In this document: positions 13,801 through 27,714 of the stretch, piece by piece
Numbering within the stretch: the stretch's first letter is position 1
Layout: each line of letters begins with the position of its first letter
Assembly: GCF_006345805.1 (NCBI RefSeq)
Contig: NC_043003.1
Coordinates: 33,046,001 to 33,110,000 of the forward strand
Direction: 5' to 3'
DNA length: 64,000 nt
From: Octopus sinensis
Taxonomy: Eukaryota
Position numbers and translations under genes: made by a program
Notes under the pieces: generated by a model
Told to the model about the DNA's origin: nothing
The model's database searches: none
What the model saw: only the letters and a program-made list of their open reading frames with translations

Positions 13801-14659
13801 TGGTAACCCCCCCCCCCCAAACAACTATAAAATTACTATAGCAAACATGGTGTCTTCTCTGGCAGAAACAAACAAGGAAAAAGATCATGGGAAAATACAG
13901 CAAGCGACAATGTGAAAGTCAGGAAGAAAAGCAACAATGCTAACAGTAATGAAAATAAAAAAAACAAAAACAAATCAAAAAGAACTGTTATATGTTCATC
14001 ATCATCATTAACATCAGCATCATCATTATCATCATGACCAAAAACAAAAACAACAACAACAACAGTAGTAGCAGCAGTAGAAGCAGCAATAGTACAAATA
14101 AAGGTTTTGAAATAGATTGCACATGATGTGCTTTGCCATCACGTTGTGAAGGAGTGGAATGTAAAGGAGAGTGAAGAACAAAGAGAGAATAAGAATTGTG
14201 AGGAGAGAGGGAAAGAGATAGAGGGAGAAAGAGAGAGTAAAATAGAAGAGAAAGGTGAGTGTCAAGTAAAAACAAAAATTAAACAAAGCAAAAAACAACG
14301 CATCACACCAATAATTTGAAACGAGTAAGCAAAGAGGAAGAGACATAATATAAAGAATAGAGGTAGAGAGAAAGAGTGAGAGACAGAGAGAGAGAAAAAA
14401 GATAGATAGATAGATAGGGATAGAAAGAAAGAGTAAAGAGTGATGAAATGATTTGAAAAGATGTTTGTGAATTCTCTGCCTTGATTGACTATCAACAACT
14501 GTCTTAATGCATCCAGGACTACACCATATGATGGGTCTTCCTCCTTTAAGACAAAACAATGTTATTTGAAGGACATTATGCTCCTATTTACAGCAGGAAG
14601 AGAAACCATACAGAGATCTCACGTCACGATAATGTAGTATCCTATTAAATTAAAATACC

Positions 14660-14875
14660 CTTAAAACCCTTAGCATTTAAACCGGCCATATCTGGTCCAA
14701 ATATTCTACCTATTTTATGTCCAGACTGACCATATTCTGCCCTTATAACCTACCTTACAATGCCATTCTAAAAGTATTCAATGGCATGGTAGAAAGCTTG
14801 AAGCTACGAGATAATGCTCGAGTGAATGAATAAGCATTACATTTGACTAATCTGAATTATAACGGATTAAACATA
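14660..14875. mobile_element. Possible piggyBac-type MITE relic
   Basis: Starts AAAACCCTTAGCATTTAAACCGGCCATATC, reminiscent of TTAA|CCCTTT termini; right end degenerate. Confidence 0.3.
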
Positions 14876-15296
14876 CGAGATGGTCAAATTTGGAATGCTT
14901 GTGCTCATAGTTCTGCTCATCCGGGATCTGCATACCAAAAATATCTTTCATAATATGGCATTAATAACTCTCTTTACTATAGACACAAATCTTGAAATTT
15001 TAAAGGGCAGAGCTAGCCGGCTACATCGATCCGAAAATATAGACATACTTGATAAATACGTTATTGTATATTACAAACTTATTTATCAAATCTAATCTTA
15101 TAATATGTAACAAGTTGCACTCGGTTTGTATTTATAAAGTATTATTCATAGATATACTTGTGATGTAAATATTATTTATTGAAAACAAATCTCTTATAAT
15201 AAATGAATACTAATTCAGAATTTGTTAGAAATATATTAAATAGACTGATTTAGCATGCAATAATTTTGATAATTTGGTAATTATTAGTTGATGCAA

Positions 15297-15349
<53 letters not shown>

Positions 15350-15350
<1 letters not shown>

Positions 15351-15498
15351 CAATGATAAATCTCAGAGCGAGTTATAAACAGTAGCGGTAACACATCGTG
15401 ACGCATATTTGCCATTTGAATATGGCTAACCCCTAAGGGTGGATGCTACAGTAGCATCCACGCTTAGGGGTTAGCCATATTCAAATGGCAAATATGCG

Positions 15499-15540
<42 letters not shown>

Positions 15541-15754
15541 TTAATCCAAACATGAAAACACAAAGAGAAAACGCAACAATGCGAGGACGTGGGACAAGTA
15601 TAGTGTTATTGGACGCTCAGGAAAGGAAAGGAAGAAGGACGATTTAATGTTTCGAGCGGAGGTCTTCGTCAGAAACATAGAAAAAGGAACGGTCCAAGGA
15701 AGGGAAGACGGAGAAAGAAAATTGCCAACGATACACACGCGGTCACATATTGAA

Positions 15755-15755
<1 letters not shown>
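15350..15755. mobile_element. Penelope-like terminal-repeat module (terminus + 105-bp palindrome + hammerhead-bearing segment) embedded in (TA)n, copy 1
   Basis: 52-bp arms at 15398-15449 and 15451-15502 with one mismatch; hammerhead motif on - strand at 15642-15676; Penelope assignment is inference from this architecture. Confidence 0.6.
15642..15676 (-). ncRNA. Degenerate minimal type-I hammerhead ribozyme
   Basis: Minus strand GTTT-CTGACGA-A-GAC CTCCG CTC-GAAACAT-T-AAAT: core boxes intact, one helix II mismatch, helix III palindrome ACGT mutated to ACAT. Confidence 0.55.
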
Positions 15756-15794
<39 letters not shown>

Positions 15795-15818
15795 TATATA
15801 TATATATATATATATATA

Positions 15819-15967
15819 ACAATGATAAATCTCAGAGCGAGTTATAAACAGTAGCGGTAACACATCGTGACGCATATTTGCCATTTGAATATGGCTAACC
15901 CCTAAGGGTGGATGCTACAGTAGCATCCACGCTTAGGGGTTAGCCATATTCAAATGGCAAATATGCG

Positions 15968-16033
<66 letters not shown>

Positions 16034-16244
16034 TAATCCAAACATGAAAACACAAAGAGAAAACGCAACAATGCGAGGACGTGGGACAAGTATAGTGTTA
16101 TTGGACGCTCAGGAAAGGAAAGGAAGAAGGACGATTTAATGTTTCGAGCGGAGGTCTTCGTCAGAAACATAGAAAAAGGAACGGTCCAAGGAAGGGAAGA
16201 CGGAGAAAGAAAATTGCCAACGATACACACGCGGTCACATATTG

Positions 16245-16246
<2 letters not shown>
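15819..16246. mobile_element. Tandem second copy of the 15350-15755 module
   Basis: Same sequence including the same palindrome mismatch (palindrome 15867-15971); only the (TA)n lengths differ visibly. Confidence 0.85.
16134..16168 (-). ncRNA. Degenerate hammerhead, duplicate of 15642-15676
   Basis: Identical sequence. Confidence 0.55.
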
Positions 16247-16311
<65 letters not shown>

Positions 16312-16742
16312 ACAGACAAAAATACGAATCATTCGCAGTCAATTGCCTCTTCAGTCGGAGTCTGGAATGTCCACGTAGTTTCGTATACTAATCCCCGATA
16401 CTACTCAAAACCGTCAGGGTCAGGGACGTAATCGAAAAAGCATTAAGCCTCTGAGCAAGGCAAACAAATGCATATGTACGAAAAGAAATAAGTAAACAAT
16501 AGGAAAGGTATTTCGACTATCGGACAAGCGGAACATATGAAATAGAATTATAAATATACAAGAGACAAACGCTTTCGGCTATACAAGAAATGAAAAATGA
16601 TTATACAATTACAACAAAAATAAAAGAAAACAAACAGGATTTTTCGACTATCAGACAAGTATAGTAAGCTAGAGCAAGGAAAGTGGAGATGGAAAAATCT
16701 TAACAGACCGGGCTGCAGGACAGAGCAGAACAGAGCACAAGG

Positions 16743-17014
16743 AACATTCTAGTGAAGATGTACATCTTATGTGGCCACCACAGTCCGCAGATCTCAATAT
16801 CATTGAACATTTATGGTGCATTTTAGAAAAGCAAGTAAGGAGGCAATATCCTCCACCATCATCACTACAAGAATTGGAAACTGTTTTAGCTGAAGAATGG
16901 ATAAATATTCCTTTGGAATTCAAGCTGTAATTACTGCTGCCAAAAGGCGGTCCTACTCGTTATTAAAATAAATTTGTTTGAAATTTTAAGGTGTTTCCAT
17001 TATTTTGTCCAACC

Positions 17015-17018
<4 letters not shown>
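16743..17018 (+). mobile_element. Tc1-family transposon 3' remnant with right terminal inverted repeat
   Basis: Translation EHSSEDVHLMWPPQSADLNIIEHLWCILEKQVRRQYPPPSSLQELETVLAEEWINIP (Tc1 WPxxSPDLNxIExLW motif) ... GGPTRY*; end GGTGTTTCCATTATTTTGTCCAACCTCTG|TA. Confidence 0.85.
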
Positions 17019-17051
<33 letters not shown>

Positions 17052-17436
17052 AGTATTCACCTTTTTTGTGGTGTGCTTATTTAATCGATCCCGAGCGGAA
17101 GAAAGGCGAAGTCGGTAGCATTTGAGATTTGAGCTCAGAATATAAATCCAGAAGAAATGGTGTTATGTATTTTGTTCAACATACTAATGATTCTACCGTA
17201 TCGCCGCTTTAAATGTGACATTAATCCTGAATGTAGCGTCTTCATTATTGTTGTTACGTTCTAGATAATCTGTGACTAAAATTTCTTATGACCAAAGCTG
17301 CATCAAAAGCAGTCATTCTGCGTTTGACTGCATTTGACACATTGTGCAATGTGCACCTTAATTTCCAAGACTGCATCGTTTGATTTGAAGAAGGCTCGAA
17401 CGATATTTCCGAGAGATCAAGGGAAAAGTTCAACAT

Positions 17437-17654
17437 CACGAGGGGGTGCAGAAAGTAGCTAACTTGGAATAAAAGAAAATATATGAGGATCAGTTAACTA
17501 TGATTTTATTCAATATATTCCCCTCTCAGATTCACACACTTTTTACAATGGTCCTCCAGTTTTCTAAGCCCTGTAAAAGAACTCGGTAATATGGTCTCCA
17601 ACCTAGGATTTTGCAATACCCTTAAAGCCAGAAACTTTTCAGCACCCTTTCGTA
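17437..17654 (-). mobile_element. Internally deleted mariner-type element (MITE, about 218 bp)
   Basis: Termini CACGAGGGGGTGCAGAAAGT and (rev-comp) TACGAAAGGGTGCTGAAAAGTTTCTGG; interior encodes the mariner C-terminus FTGLRKLEDHCKKCVNLRGEYIE*. Confidence 0.75.
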
Positions 17655-20600
17655 TAGTTGCTGTATAATCATTCACATCATACATATTTTCGTTTCCTAT
17701 GAACAACAGCGATGATAATTTGATTTACTGTGACCGACAGAGCTCTATCATTCATTTAACCTTGGTATATTGCAATATTTTGTGTTGATGCAGTATATAT
17801 AGTTTAAGACTGGCCTTGCGGCATCTATCTGCCGTCTGATTATATTTGATCGCAGAGCGATAAGTCAACCAGAAATTTATCAGTTTTATAAGGCATCTCT
17901 GTCCAGAGATGAGTCAAAAGATATGAACCTATATACGACAAGGTGACCTGTGACGCTGAAAAGTTTGTGTGCTGATCACTCAAGCAGAACATGTATGTAT
18001 GAATGTATGCATTTATGTATGTATCCTTGCTCGCATGTGTGTCTATATGTGTATGTATGCGTGCGTATGTGTATGTGCGTGTGTGAGCGCGCTCGTGTGC
18101 GTGTGCCTGTGTGTGTGTGTGTATGCATGTGTGTGTGCGTGTATGTGTGTGTGTGTGTTCAAATTTCGGTACTGCATATCGACGAAGAATATAAAAATTG
18201 GACATGAAAACAGTACTATACGAAAGAAGATCCTTGATATGCTTGTTCTGCATCGTCTTATGCGTATTCCCTTATCACTTACGCCTTTTGAAATGCAGGG
18301 AACCAGAGACTGGTCTGTTAGGAAAAGTACTTCATTTTATGTTACTTCGGTCCACCTACATGTCAAAATTAGTATTAAAATATGACACAGCACATTGTTT
18401 GTGTCGCTAAGTATAGCAGCGTTCGCAAGTCAGTGGTAGCACCCCACCCCCCGCAAAAAAAAGAAGCCTTCAGACATGAAAATTAACACATTCAGAGGTG
18501 GATTGTTATATGTCACCTTTTAAAGACGTGTGATCTATAGTGATGTGGGGTTCTGTGATTGAGAGTGCAGATTATAACAATGGCACATTAGGAGGTAATT
18601 GGTCATTTTTAGGTAAGAATTGATAAGGAAATAAATATCGTATTTTCCAGCATATAAATCAACGTAGTACATGGCGTAAATATGTAGAGTAGACATTCAA
18701 ACATCATCACTATATCTCTAAATCCCGCTGAATTTTAGATTGAAGTTTTGGTCCTCCAAAATCGTCTTGGTGTATAAGTCGACCTACTTTATTTAATGGC
18801 AGGAAAATACGGCAGTTAATATACGGATACACATGACACCATAATTATATCTCATACACACGCACGGATACAATGTAAATACAGTCATATAAATGCACAA
18901 TACATAATATGTGTGTCTGTATGGCTTTTTTGTAAGAGCAAGTATAACCACAACACAATTAAATATAGAACTCAATAGCAAATAATATGTGGGTGGAATA
19001 TTTATATTTAATTATACGACAAATATTCAGTGGTTTCTCATCTCAAGGGAAATTTTCAAGCAATTACTCGGATATTGGTTTGTATAGTTAAATTACAAAT
19101 ATATTCATATTCGAATCTTTTATTTTTTTCAATATTAAATAAACGCTTGAAAAACCCTTTTAAGAGCGAATCAATTCTCCAATTTAAGAGAGAATTAATT
19201 CTGGCATAATGAAACAATAAAAGCAACAATGACATCAATAGCATAACAACAATAACAACGAGTCGTGTCCTGTTTTATCCTTCGAAACACGCTTGAGTTA
19301 GCTAGAGACAGCTGATGAACTGGGGATTTTTCCTGTGTGGTTTGTCCTGTACCTTGTTTTTCTGTTGTAAAAAATAATGTTTTTCCCGTTTTCGTTTCGT
19401 CTGTGTTTTTTTTTGTTGTAAAAATATGGCTTGTCCGTTTCGTTTTTCGTTGAGTTCTACGTCTAGTTGCAGTGTCCTGTACTCACGTATATATATTTAT
19501 ATGTGCATGTATATATACATGTAGATGTAGGTACGTACATATATGTTTGTATGCATGCATATATTTCATTTATTACATTATTGTCTGACAGCGCGTTCGC
19601 GTCAGGGTCGATTCGATTCGTCGTTTCGTCCCACTTTCCCTTCCCTCCAGTTTTGTTATATATATGTATATATATATATATATGTATGTGTATGTGTGTG
19701 TGTGTATGTGTGTGCGTGTGTACGTACACGTATAACAATGCACGTATGTGTGTGCACCTGTATTTGCGTCCATAACTCTACAGACTGACAACCAGTGTTG
19801 GTTTGTTTATGTCCCTGTAACGTAAAATAATAAAAGAAGCGCTTGAGTCGATATCTTAGACTCAGCCACTCAAGGTTGCGTCCCAGCATTACTGCTCTCT
19901 AATGACAAGAAAAAAAAGTATGGTGGACAGGACTTGAAATAAATTTTTAATTAAACGTTGTTTTGAATATATGCATGTTATTTACTAATTTTGTCAGTTC
20001 GTGGAAGGGTGCACGTTTTCATTCCATTTTTTTTTCATTGGAAATATCGAAGGGCGTGGGACGAAATAGTTTAGGAACTGCTAATCTAAGCTTACAGTAA
20101 ATCATTCATTTATCTGTCTTTTTCTTTTTTCTGTTCCTTCATACAGCTGTCTGCTCAAGCATATATCCATTTTGTGTACATACGTAAAGATCTTTGCTCG
20201 TTTTACTATCCATAAATTCAATGCTTACGAATTTGTTCCTATTTATACCAGCTTGACACTTTTCATTATGATAAGAGCTGGTTAGTAAGTGAGTTATAAA
20301 TCATCCTTTGTAAAGTTTTACACTACAATGAACCGCTTAAATCCAATACTAACCCTCTGAATAGTCCTACAAATGTTTACGACCTTCACACAAAGACACA
20401 CGCGCGCCCCCGCATGCATGCACGCGCTCACAAATGAACGTGTATATATGTATTATATGGGTATGTATATATGGGTTTGTGTTCATCCTTCTTTGCAAGC
20501 ATATAATTGTATTTCCCGATTTATTTAATAGTTACTTAGCTTTACGGCAATGATACTTTTTCTTTTGTTACGAAAACATCTAGCTGCGCTCTTCGTATTA

Positions 20601-21075
20601 TCCTGTTACTCATATGTTCTTTGTTGTAGACAGCACGCTTGCCTCTAGTAGAACATTACATTGGCCAATAGAATCTTTCACTCGAAAAGGGATGCTTTTG
20701 ATTATACTTGATGGGAGTGACCAGAATATAAGTAAAGATACTTATATTAATTGAAAGAGACTATTGTCATGAAACCACAACCAAAGTTAGTAGGTAATAT
20801 ACACCCGTTTGTATATTTAGAAAACTCAAGACGTATTAAACAATGTCATGAATAGACATATCAGTTTGATGTCTCTTGTTTAGCCTTTCTCACATATATA
20901 TGAGTCATAAAGTAAATGATCCTTTTCTGTCATGAAACAGAGTTAAATATACTGCCTTGAGAACACACAAATGTATGTTCAATCATGTCGAACTCACAGA
21001 CATGTTTTCATATAGTCTGGTTTTATTTTCTCCCCGATGTCATGAAATGACATATGATATTATTTGAAGTACTAA

Positions 21076-21277
21076 CGCGGTGAGTTGGCTGACGGGCGAA
21101 ATATTTGCCGCATTTCCTCTGTCCGAAGTCCTGAATTCGAATTCTGCTGAGATCGACTTTATCTTTCATCCATTCGGGGTCGATAAAGTAAGTATCATTT
21201 GAACACCTGCGTCGATGTAATCGACTTATTCCCTCCCACCACATTGCTAACCTTGTGCCAAAATTTGAAATCAGTAT
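21076..21277 (+). mobile_element. SINE family A, decayed, with a second partial core at about 21310-21450
   Basis: GAGATCGACTTTATCTTTCATCCATTCGGGGTCGATAAAGTAAGTA...GTCGATGTAATCGACTT. Confidence 0.75.
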
Positions 21278-21745
21278 TATTCAAAGTGATTTATGTTATG
21301 AGTTTAAATATTGGTGAGTCCAACTTTGCCTTTTAACCCACAGGATACGATAAAATAAAGTACCAGTCATGCATGGCAGTCGATTTGATAGACTATATGT
21401 TTCCACCAAAGTTTCTGGCATTATTCTAACGTTAGAAATCAATATTTTTCAAGGCATACAAAATAGTTCATGTGAAAACATCTCCAAAAATCTGTCACCA
21501 GAATACTTTCAGGTACATTAAAAAAATTCGTTATAAGAAACTTCACTGATTTAAATTGAAATAGCCAAGTGATGATAACTACTTTAAGAAAATTATTTTG
21601 TGCCAACTTAGTCATGAAAATTACATTGCGGAAAGTACACCAAGAAAACGTGGCATGAAAACTACATAAAAATGAGAGGGAAAATAATGTGGAAAAAAAT
21701 CATATACTAAACAAAAGATATGACATACATACATACATACATACA

Positions 21746-21800
<55 letters not shown>

Positions 21801-22989
21801 TGATATATATATTTATTTATATATATTTATATATATATGTTTTGTCTGAAATAGATTTCAAGATATTTCTAGATGGACCCAAGTGAAATATTTATTCAGC
21901 AAGTCATATATTTCGAAAGAAAAAAATTTTGAATACAAATTCAAAATACGAATATCATATTCATCATCGCAAGATGTTTACATGTGTAGAGTCGTAATCA
22001 ATATTTCTTAAGTTTGATGGATAAGCAAATAAAAAAAAAGTATATTTTGGGAAAAGCGAATAAAAAAGTCAAAGAAATTTTAAGATTGTCTCCAAAATGT
22101 GCTGCATAAAAATCAAATATATTTTTTTTCAAACGCTTTCAAATTATGATAAATCACCATTCCTAGCATCAAAGAATTTATCAAATTTCAATTGAAAAAC
22201 GTTCCACGATGTTTATTTGGAAGGTGAAAACTATATTTCGCTTTCTTTCTGGTATATCTGTCTGCAAAGAGGATTGTATATAAAACGTCTTTATGGTTTC
22301 TCCTTCATTTTCATTTAAACGATTAACAGCAGGAATGGAGGAGCGTATGCTTTTAAAATTATTATTTTTATTATATTTATTTCTGTTTGGAAGAGAAAGT
22401 CTGCCGCCTGTAGCTTATGCAAATCAATTCAGGCTGGTGAAATAGAATGCGGATGATGCTCAGTTTTAACGTTTGTTCAGAGATTTGGAGTAGGAACGAA
22501 GCGCTCTGTGACTCAGTATCTAATTGAGAAGGAACGAGAAAATGTTTAGCGCAGATGTTAGTGTCGGAGAATAACTAGGAAAGGATTTACAAGTGTATTG
22601 ACGTGAGATGGTAGGCGAGGTTGTTAAGTCGCGGGAGTAAAATATTTTGATAAATTGTAGAAGCAGTGAACTAGAGTAAGCAACACCTGAATACAGGGTT
22701 ATAGCTGTGGAAACTAAAGAGTGAATAGTTTTCATTTAACGAAACCGCCAATTTGCAATTCGATGTATTTTGTAATACGAAGAATTCTACAGGCAAAAGT
22801 ATAAAAAAAAGTAATAGATGCGTTTTCAAAGTGAAAAATAAAATAAATCTAAATCTTATACCACGAGTGCAAAAATAGCTGATGAATATTTATGAAATGT
22901 GAATTTTACAATAAGCAAAATAAGCAAAACAAACATTTTAATGTTAAAAGAAATGTTTCGTTTCCACCAACTACATCGGAACGAGTTCG

Positions 22990-24200
22990 TGCATTTCGAT
23001 TTTGGGGGATTAACCATGCTATAGATAATCTCTCGATCTGAAAAAAAGTTTGGATTACTTTAATATCGTTGTCATCTGAAAACCAATCATCGATAAGTTC
23101 ATAAAGACTATGTTAATGGACCTACATTGTGCGTTGTTTCTACAATCTGTATTATTTCTTTTTGTGCTATACATAAATTCAAAATCATCGAAATCCGCTG
23201 CAACTTCATCATCAGGAATTAAACTGTCAAACACAAAAAGAGAGCAACATTTTAACCATGCTGCCAACAGACTGGATGTTTTAACTGAAGTCATAATTAC
23301 AAATGCAAAGACTTCATTTTTAATAGTGAATCAGCATTAAAAGTCGAGGATAGAAATCTTGATGCTGATGAAGTGCTTCGTAAAATTATTTCTAAAGTGA
23401 CATTTGAAACTCTGGGTAATTTCTCGGTCTCTAAGGACCATAGAAAATATTTTGTTCGCTCATTAATGCAAATAATTCCACGATTTGGTGCTAACTTCGT
23501 GCAGATGGACTTTAGAGGTGTCAACGAGTAAAGATACATTTAGTATTTAAAGGGTTACCCATATCATCTAAATTAATTTACTCATATTTTGTACATTAAA
23601 CCGAATTGTTGCCAGAAATTCTTGGATAATCCAATTTAGAAAAAGATTTTTTTTCTCTCCATGCATTCGTTTTGGTCTTATAAGATAACGGTAAATGCAT
23701 TAGTCCCTTCATGGTTCTGGAACGATGGGTCTTAGCAATATTGAATAGTGTTATCGTTTGTCGATCGAATGTAAATTCTCATGTCAGGGCTGCTGAACTT
23801 TATATTTGAAAAGCTAGCCCTTGATTAATTGGAACCAACCAATGTTTATTACGTTGGAAAATATTTCCAATAAAAGCCAGTTTCATCGGCGTTGACTATT
23901 TGACCAACAGTAAAATTATATTCCTTGACAAGTACATCAAATATCAGATCTAACTCTATAACTGCTTCAACGTCTGTTGATTAGTGTTTCCAGCAGTGTT
24001 CACTTGTTTCAGGCGTAAAATACAGAAAATGAGACACAGCTTTATCTCCTCCGATTGCAATGAGCTTTATTTGGCCAAGCATTTGAGTCATTCTTCATTT
24101 TGGTCATAGGCTTAATCAGTCACACTTTACCTTGGGCTTACCAACTACTTCACTGATAAGACAGGATACACTGGAGCTTCTCCACTCTCGATCTCCAAAA
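22990..24200 (-). mobile_element. pogo/Tigger-type DDE transposase relic (pseudogenised)
   Basis: Minus-strand GQIVNADETGFYWKYFP (23867-23896 = VNADETGFYW), then HLPLSYKTKTNAW and IDDWFSDDND, collinear with pogo/Tigger motifs; many stops and frameshifts. Confidence 0.75.
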
Positions 24201-25409
24201 TATTACAGTTATATAAGTTATTTTGCAACAACGTACAATTTATTCCATCTGCTCAATTCTACAAGATCGGCCGCTTGAGCTACGGTAGGACTCTCTATGT
24301 TTTCGATCCACTTGTTATAAACTGCAATCAGAAATCCTGCTCATAGAATCATACCGACTTAGACAACGAATGAATACACGCGGAGCGTAGCTCTGTATTG
24401 ACGAGATGGTCACGATTGGTATTCTGGGCTAAATAACAGCAACAACATAAATGTTTTGGTTTTAACTAAAATATCGACAACGTTTTATTAGAATAGAAGA
24501 AAGAATGTCGTAGAGGGATGGACGTTTGTAAAGAGCAGTTAGTGAAATATCGGGCAATTTTTGAAGTCGGCAAGAAGAGGCAGAAAATTAACATGATATC
24601 CAAGTGACAGACCAACTTTCTAGATACCGGAGACTCTACACTTGGACGAAACAGCACAAGTATTATTAGAATATTCACCATGCTATGTCAAAATCGAAAA
24701 CAGCCAGATCACTATGAATAAAGAGAAAAGGGAAAAGTAAAACAATCAGGGACTCTTATTATCTCCACTACTATTCGGCTTAGCTGTGATCCTATTACCA
24801 CGTCCGATAACTGGTTATGTAGATGATTTTTAACAATAAGTATTTAGAAGAGATAAAACTCAGCTGTAAAACTAATTACAATTCTATATGATTTCCACTA
24901 AGTTAAAACGATAAATATAATAGTAGAGTACTAGGCAACTAAGTTCTAAGAAGAAGCAATGTAAATATGATGACGTTAAATTATAAAATAAAATGCGAAA
25001 TATTATTTGACAGAAAATCAAGAATTTGAGATTGAAAACAAAAGAAAAAGAATAGGAGAAGCAAGAATGAGAAGGCTGAAGGATGATAAGAAATGGGGGA
25101 GCTACAGATGTAAAAGAAGAGAAAAGAAAAGAAATAAACAAATAAATGCCCTGATGCAGTATCAAGCAGTGGTTCTCATGGCTTATCATCTTAACTGATT
25201 TAGAAGTGCTATCATGTGCATTGCTTTATCATGGTATAAAAGATGGGTTACAGCAAATATTCTGCTCCATACCACAGATTTGTTTGTCATTTGTGTGAAC
25301 TTAACCAGTGTTTATTGTATCCTTACCAGATGGGTAGTTATGATGATATTGGGCTTCGTATATTTGTACCCCAGTGTCAATTTGATGGCATACACTGATC
25401 TTTCACTCA

Positions 25410-25456
25410 ATAACAATAATAGTAATGATGATGATGACGACGATGATGATGATGAC

Positions 25457-25510
<54 letters not shown>
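25410..25510. repeat. (AAT)n/(GAT)n microsatellite
   Basis: Directly visible, about 90 bp upstream of where R4/Dong RT homology begins. Confidence 0.95.
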
Positions 25511-25599
25511 TGTGAAAGTTTCATCCGTATTCATCCAGCAGTTCTTGAGGTATCTTGTTCACAGTCAAGCAAACAAACAAACAAAACTGAAAACAATAA

Positions 25600-27380
25600 T
25601 TGCGAGGAGTGTAACGTGTTTCCTAAAGAGAAGTATGGTGGGATGGAAAACTGAACTGACATCTTACGGTAAAAGCCTGGGCAACATGGATATCAGAAGA
25701 GGGATTTTCCAGGTTGACAGCCCATCTCCGTTGCTTGTCGTTCTCTGCATGATACCCCTACCTTAGTACTCAGGAAAATGAACATGGGGTAGTAACTAAA
25801 TGAAAAATCTCAAATAATCAGCTCTCTCCTCTTCATGTGTGATTTGAAACTGTATGGCAAAGATGAGACAAAAGCGAGTTCCTTGGTGAACACGGTACAC
25901 TGTTTTAGTACTGATATTAAAATGGAATTTAGACTCAAGAAGTGTAGAATACTCTACCTAAAATGGGGCATGGTGCAGTCCGTAATAGGTATAAAATTAC
26001 CGAATAGAGACTTGATTAAGGAAATTGAAACGGAAGAATACAAATACCTTACTTTGCTAGAGATCAAAGATATAATGGAAAAGGAAATGAAAGAGCAACT
26101 GATGATGGAGCATTTCCGAAGACTGAGGTTGTTGCTGCGCTCAAAATTGACTGGATGGAATAAAATCAAAGCAGTTAATACATTGGCGATACCATCACTT
26201 CGGTATGAAGCGGGAATTATAAAATGGCAAGAGAGACAAATGAAGAAAATGGATACCAAGACCAGAAAAATGTTGACAATACACGGAGCCTTTCACCCTA
26301 AGAGTGACACCGATAGGCTGTACTTATCCAGGAGGAAGGGTGGGAGAGGCTTTATCAGTTGCCAGGAATGTATCGAAACAGAGTAAAACAGCCTAGAATG
26401 GTATATAAAAATACCGTGAAGCCACTGTTGAAACACACGAAGGCCGTAACTGAAAGAAAAATTGTATAACTTAAAGAAAAATTTAAACAACAAATGAACA
26501 AAAAAAAATGAAAAAAGAAAGCATGGAAGGAAAAGAAAATGTATGGTCAGTTTTCAAGAGATGTGAACGCCAAGACGGATGCAGTGGACCAGTGGCTATA
26601 GATGAAGAGACCTGACCTGAAGAGAGAGACAAAAGCACTCGTACTCGCAGGAACAAGCGCTAAGGACTAATTATATAAAGTGCAGAATAGACAATACTAC
26701 CGCTAGCGACAAATGCAGAATGTGTGGTGAGAGGGTTGTAACGCTATTGCACCTTGTTAGCGAATAACCGAGGTTGGCACAACGAGAATACAAAAGACGC
26801 CATGGCAATGTAACAAGAATGAGCCATTGGGAACTCTGTGGAAATGAGAACCTACAAAGAACAAAGACGTGGTATAAGCAAACCCTGGGGGGGGGTCACC
26901 GAGAATGAGAATTGCAAAATCCTGTGGGATTCAATGATCCAGTGCGATAACCTGACTAGACATTGGAAACTGGATATTGTTGTGGTGAATAAAATACAAA
27001 GAACATGAATAAAATACAAAGAACGGTGACAACAAGATGAACGTGAAAGAAGAAGAAAATATAAACAACTATGAAGGTTTGAATTGGGAAATATGAATCA
27101 TGTGGTCAATGAAGAGAGTAGACGTGATACCAAAAGTAATTGGTGCACTTGGAATTATCAGCACTCAACTGCCAACATGGCGGAAAAATATCGGTGGAGG
27201 TGTGAAGGTAGAACATCTACAAAAATCAATATTGCTTGGAAGGGCAAGAATTCTTCGCAGGGTTCTTGAAGCGTGACCCGTAAAACATATGTCACCTTAT
27301 TCTGCTGGCTGTGGACAGCTGACACTTTCCATCATACCCAGCAATATAAGCAGTAGGTTTTAATTCTATAAAAATAATAT
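25600..27380 (+). mobile_element. 5'-truncated, decayed R4/Dong-type non-LTR retrotransposon (RT C-half, CCHC finger, REL endonuclease)
   Basis: FLKRSMVGWKTEL..IRRGIFQVDSPSPLL; LFMCDLKLY (decayed YxDD motif); NKIKAVNTLAIPSLRY; HPKSDTDRLYLSRRKGGRG; DKCRMCGE; KILWDSMIQCDN..KLDIVVVNK; VIGALG; LLGRARILRRVLEA*; 3' end runs into AATAATATTAATAATAATA. Confidence 0.9.
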
Positions 27381-27399
27381 TAATAATAATACTTTCTAC

Positions 27400-27550
27400 T
27401 ACAGGAACAAAGTACTTAATTTATCGATCCCGAAAGGATGAAAGGCAAAATCGCCATCAGTGGAATTTGAACTCAGAACTTAAAGACAGACCAAATACCT
27501 CTAAGCATTTCACCCTGCGCGCTAATGATTCTGCGAGCTGACCGACTTAT
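27400..27550 (-). mobile_element. SINE family A fragment followed by (AAT)/(GAT)n
   Basis: TTTATCGATCCCGAAAGGATGAAAGGCAAAATCGCCATCAGTGGAATTTGAACTCAGAAC. Confidence 0.75.
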
Positions 27551-27714
27551 AATAATAATAATAATAATAATAATGATGATGATGCTGATGATGATGATGA
27601 TGCTGATGATGATGATGATGATGCTGCTGATGATGATAATAATAATAATAATAATAATATAAGTGGTTTCAAATTTTGCCACAAGGACAGCAATTTTGGA
27701 GAAATATATATATA

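Noticed and set aside
16340-16432. Two hammerhead-like remnants on the minus strand (CTGACGG...GAAACTACG and CTGAAGAG..GAAT)
   Set aside because: Core positions and helices are too degenerate to call.
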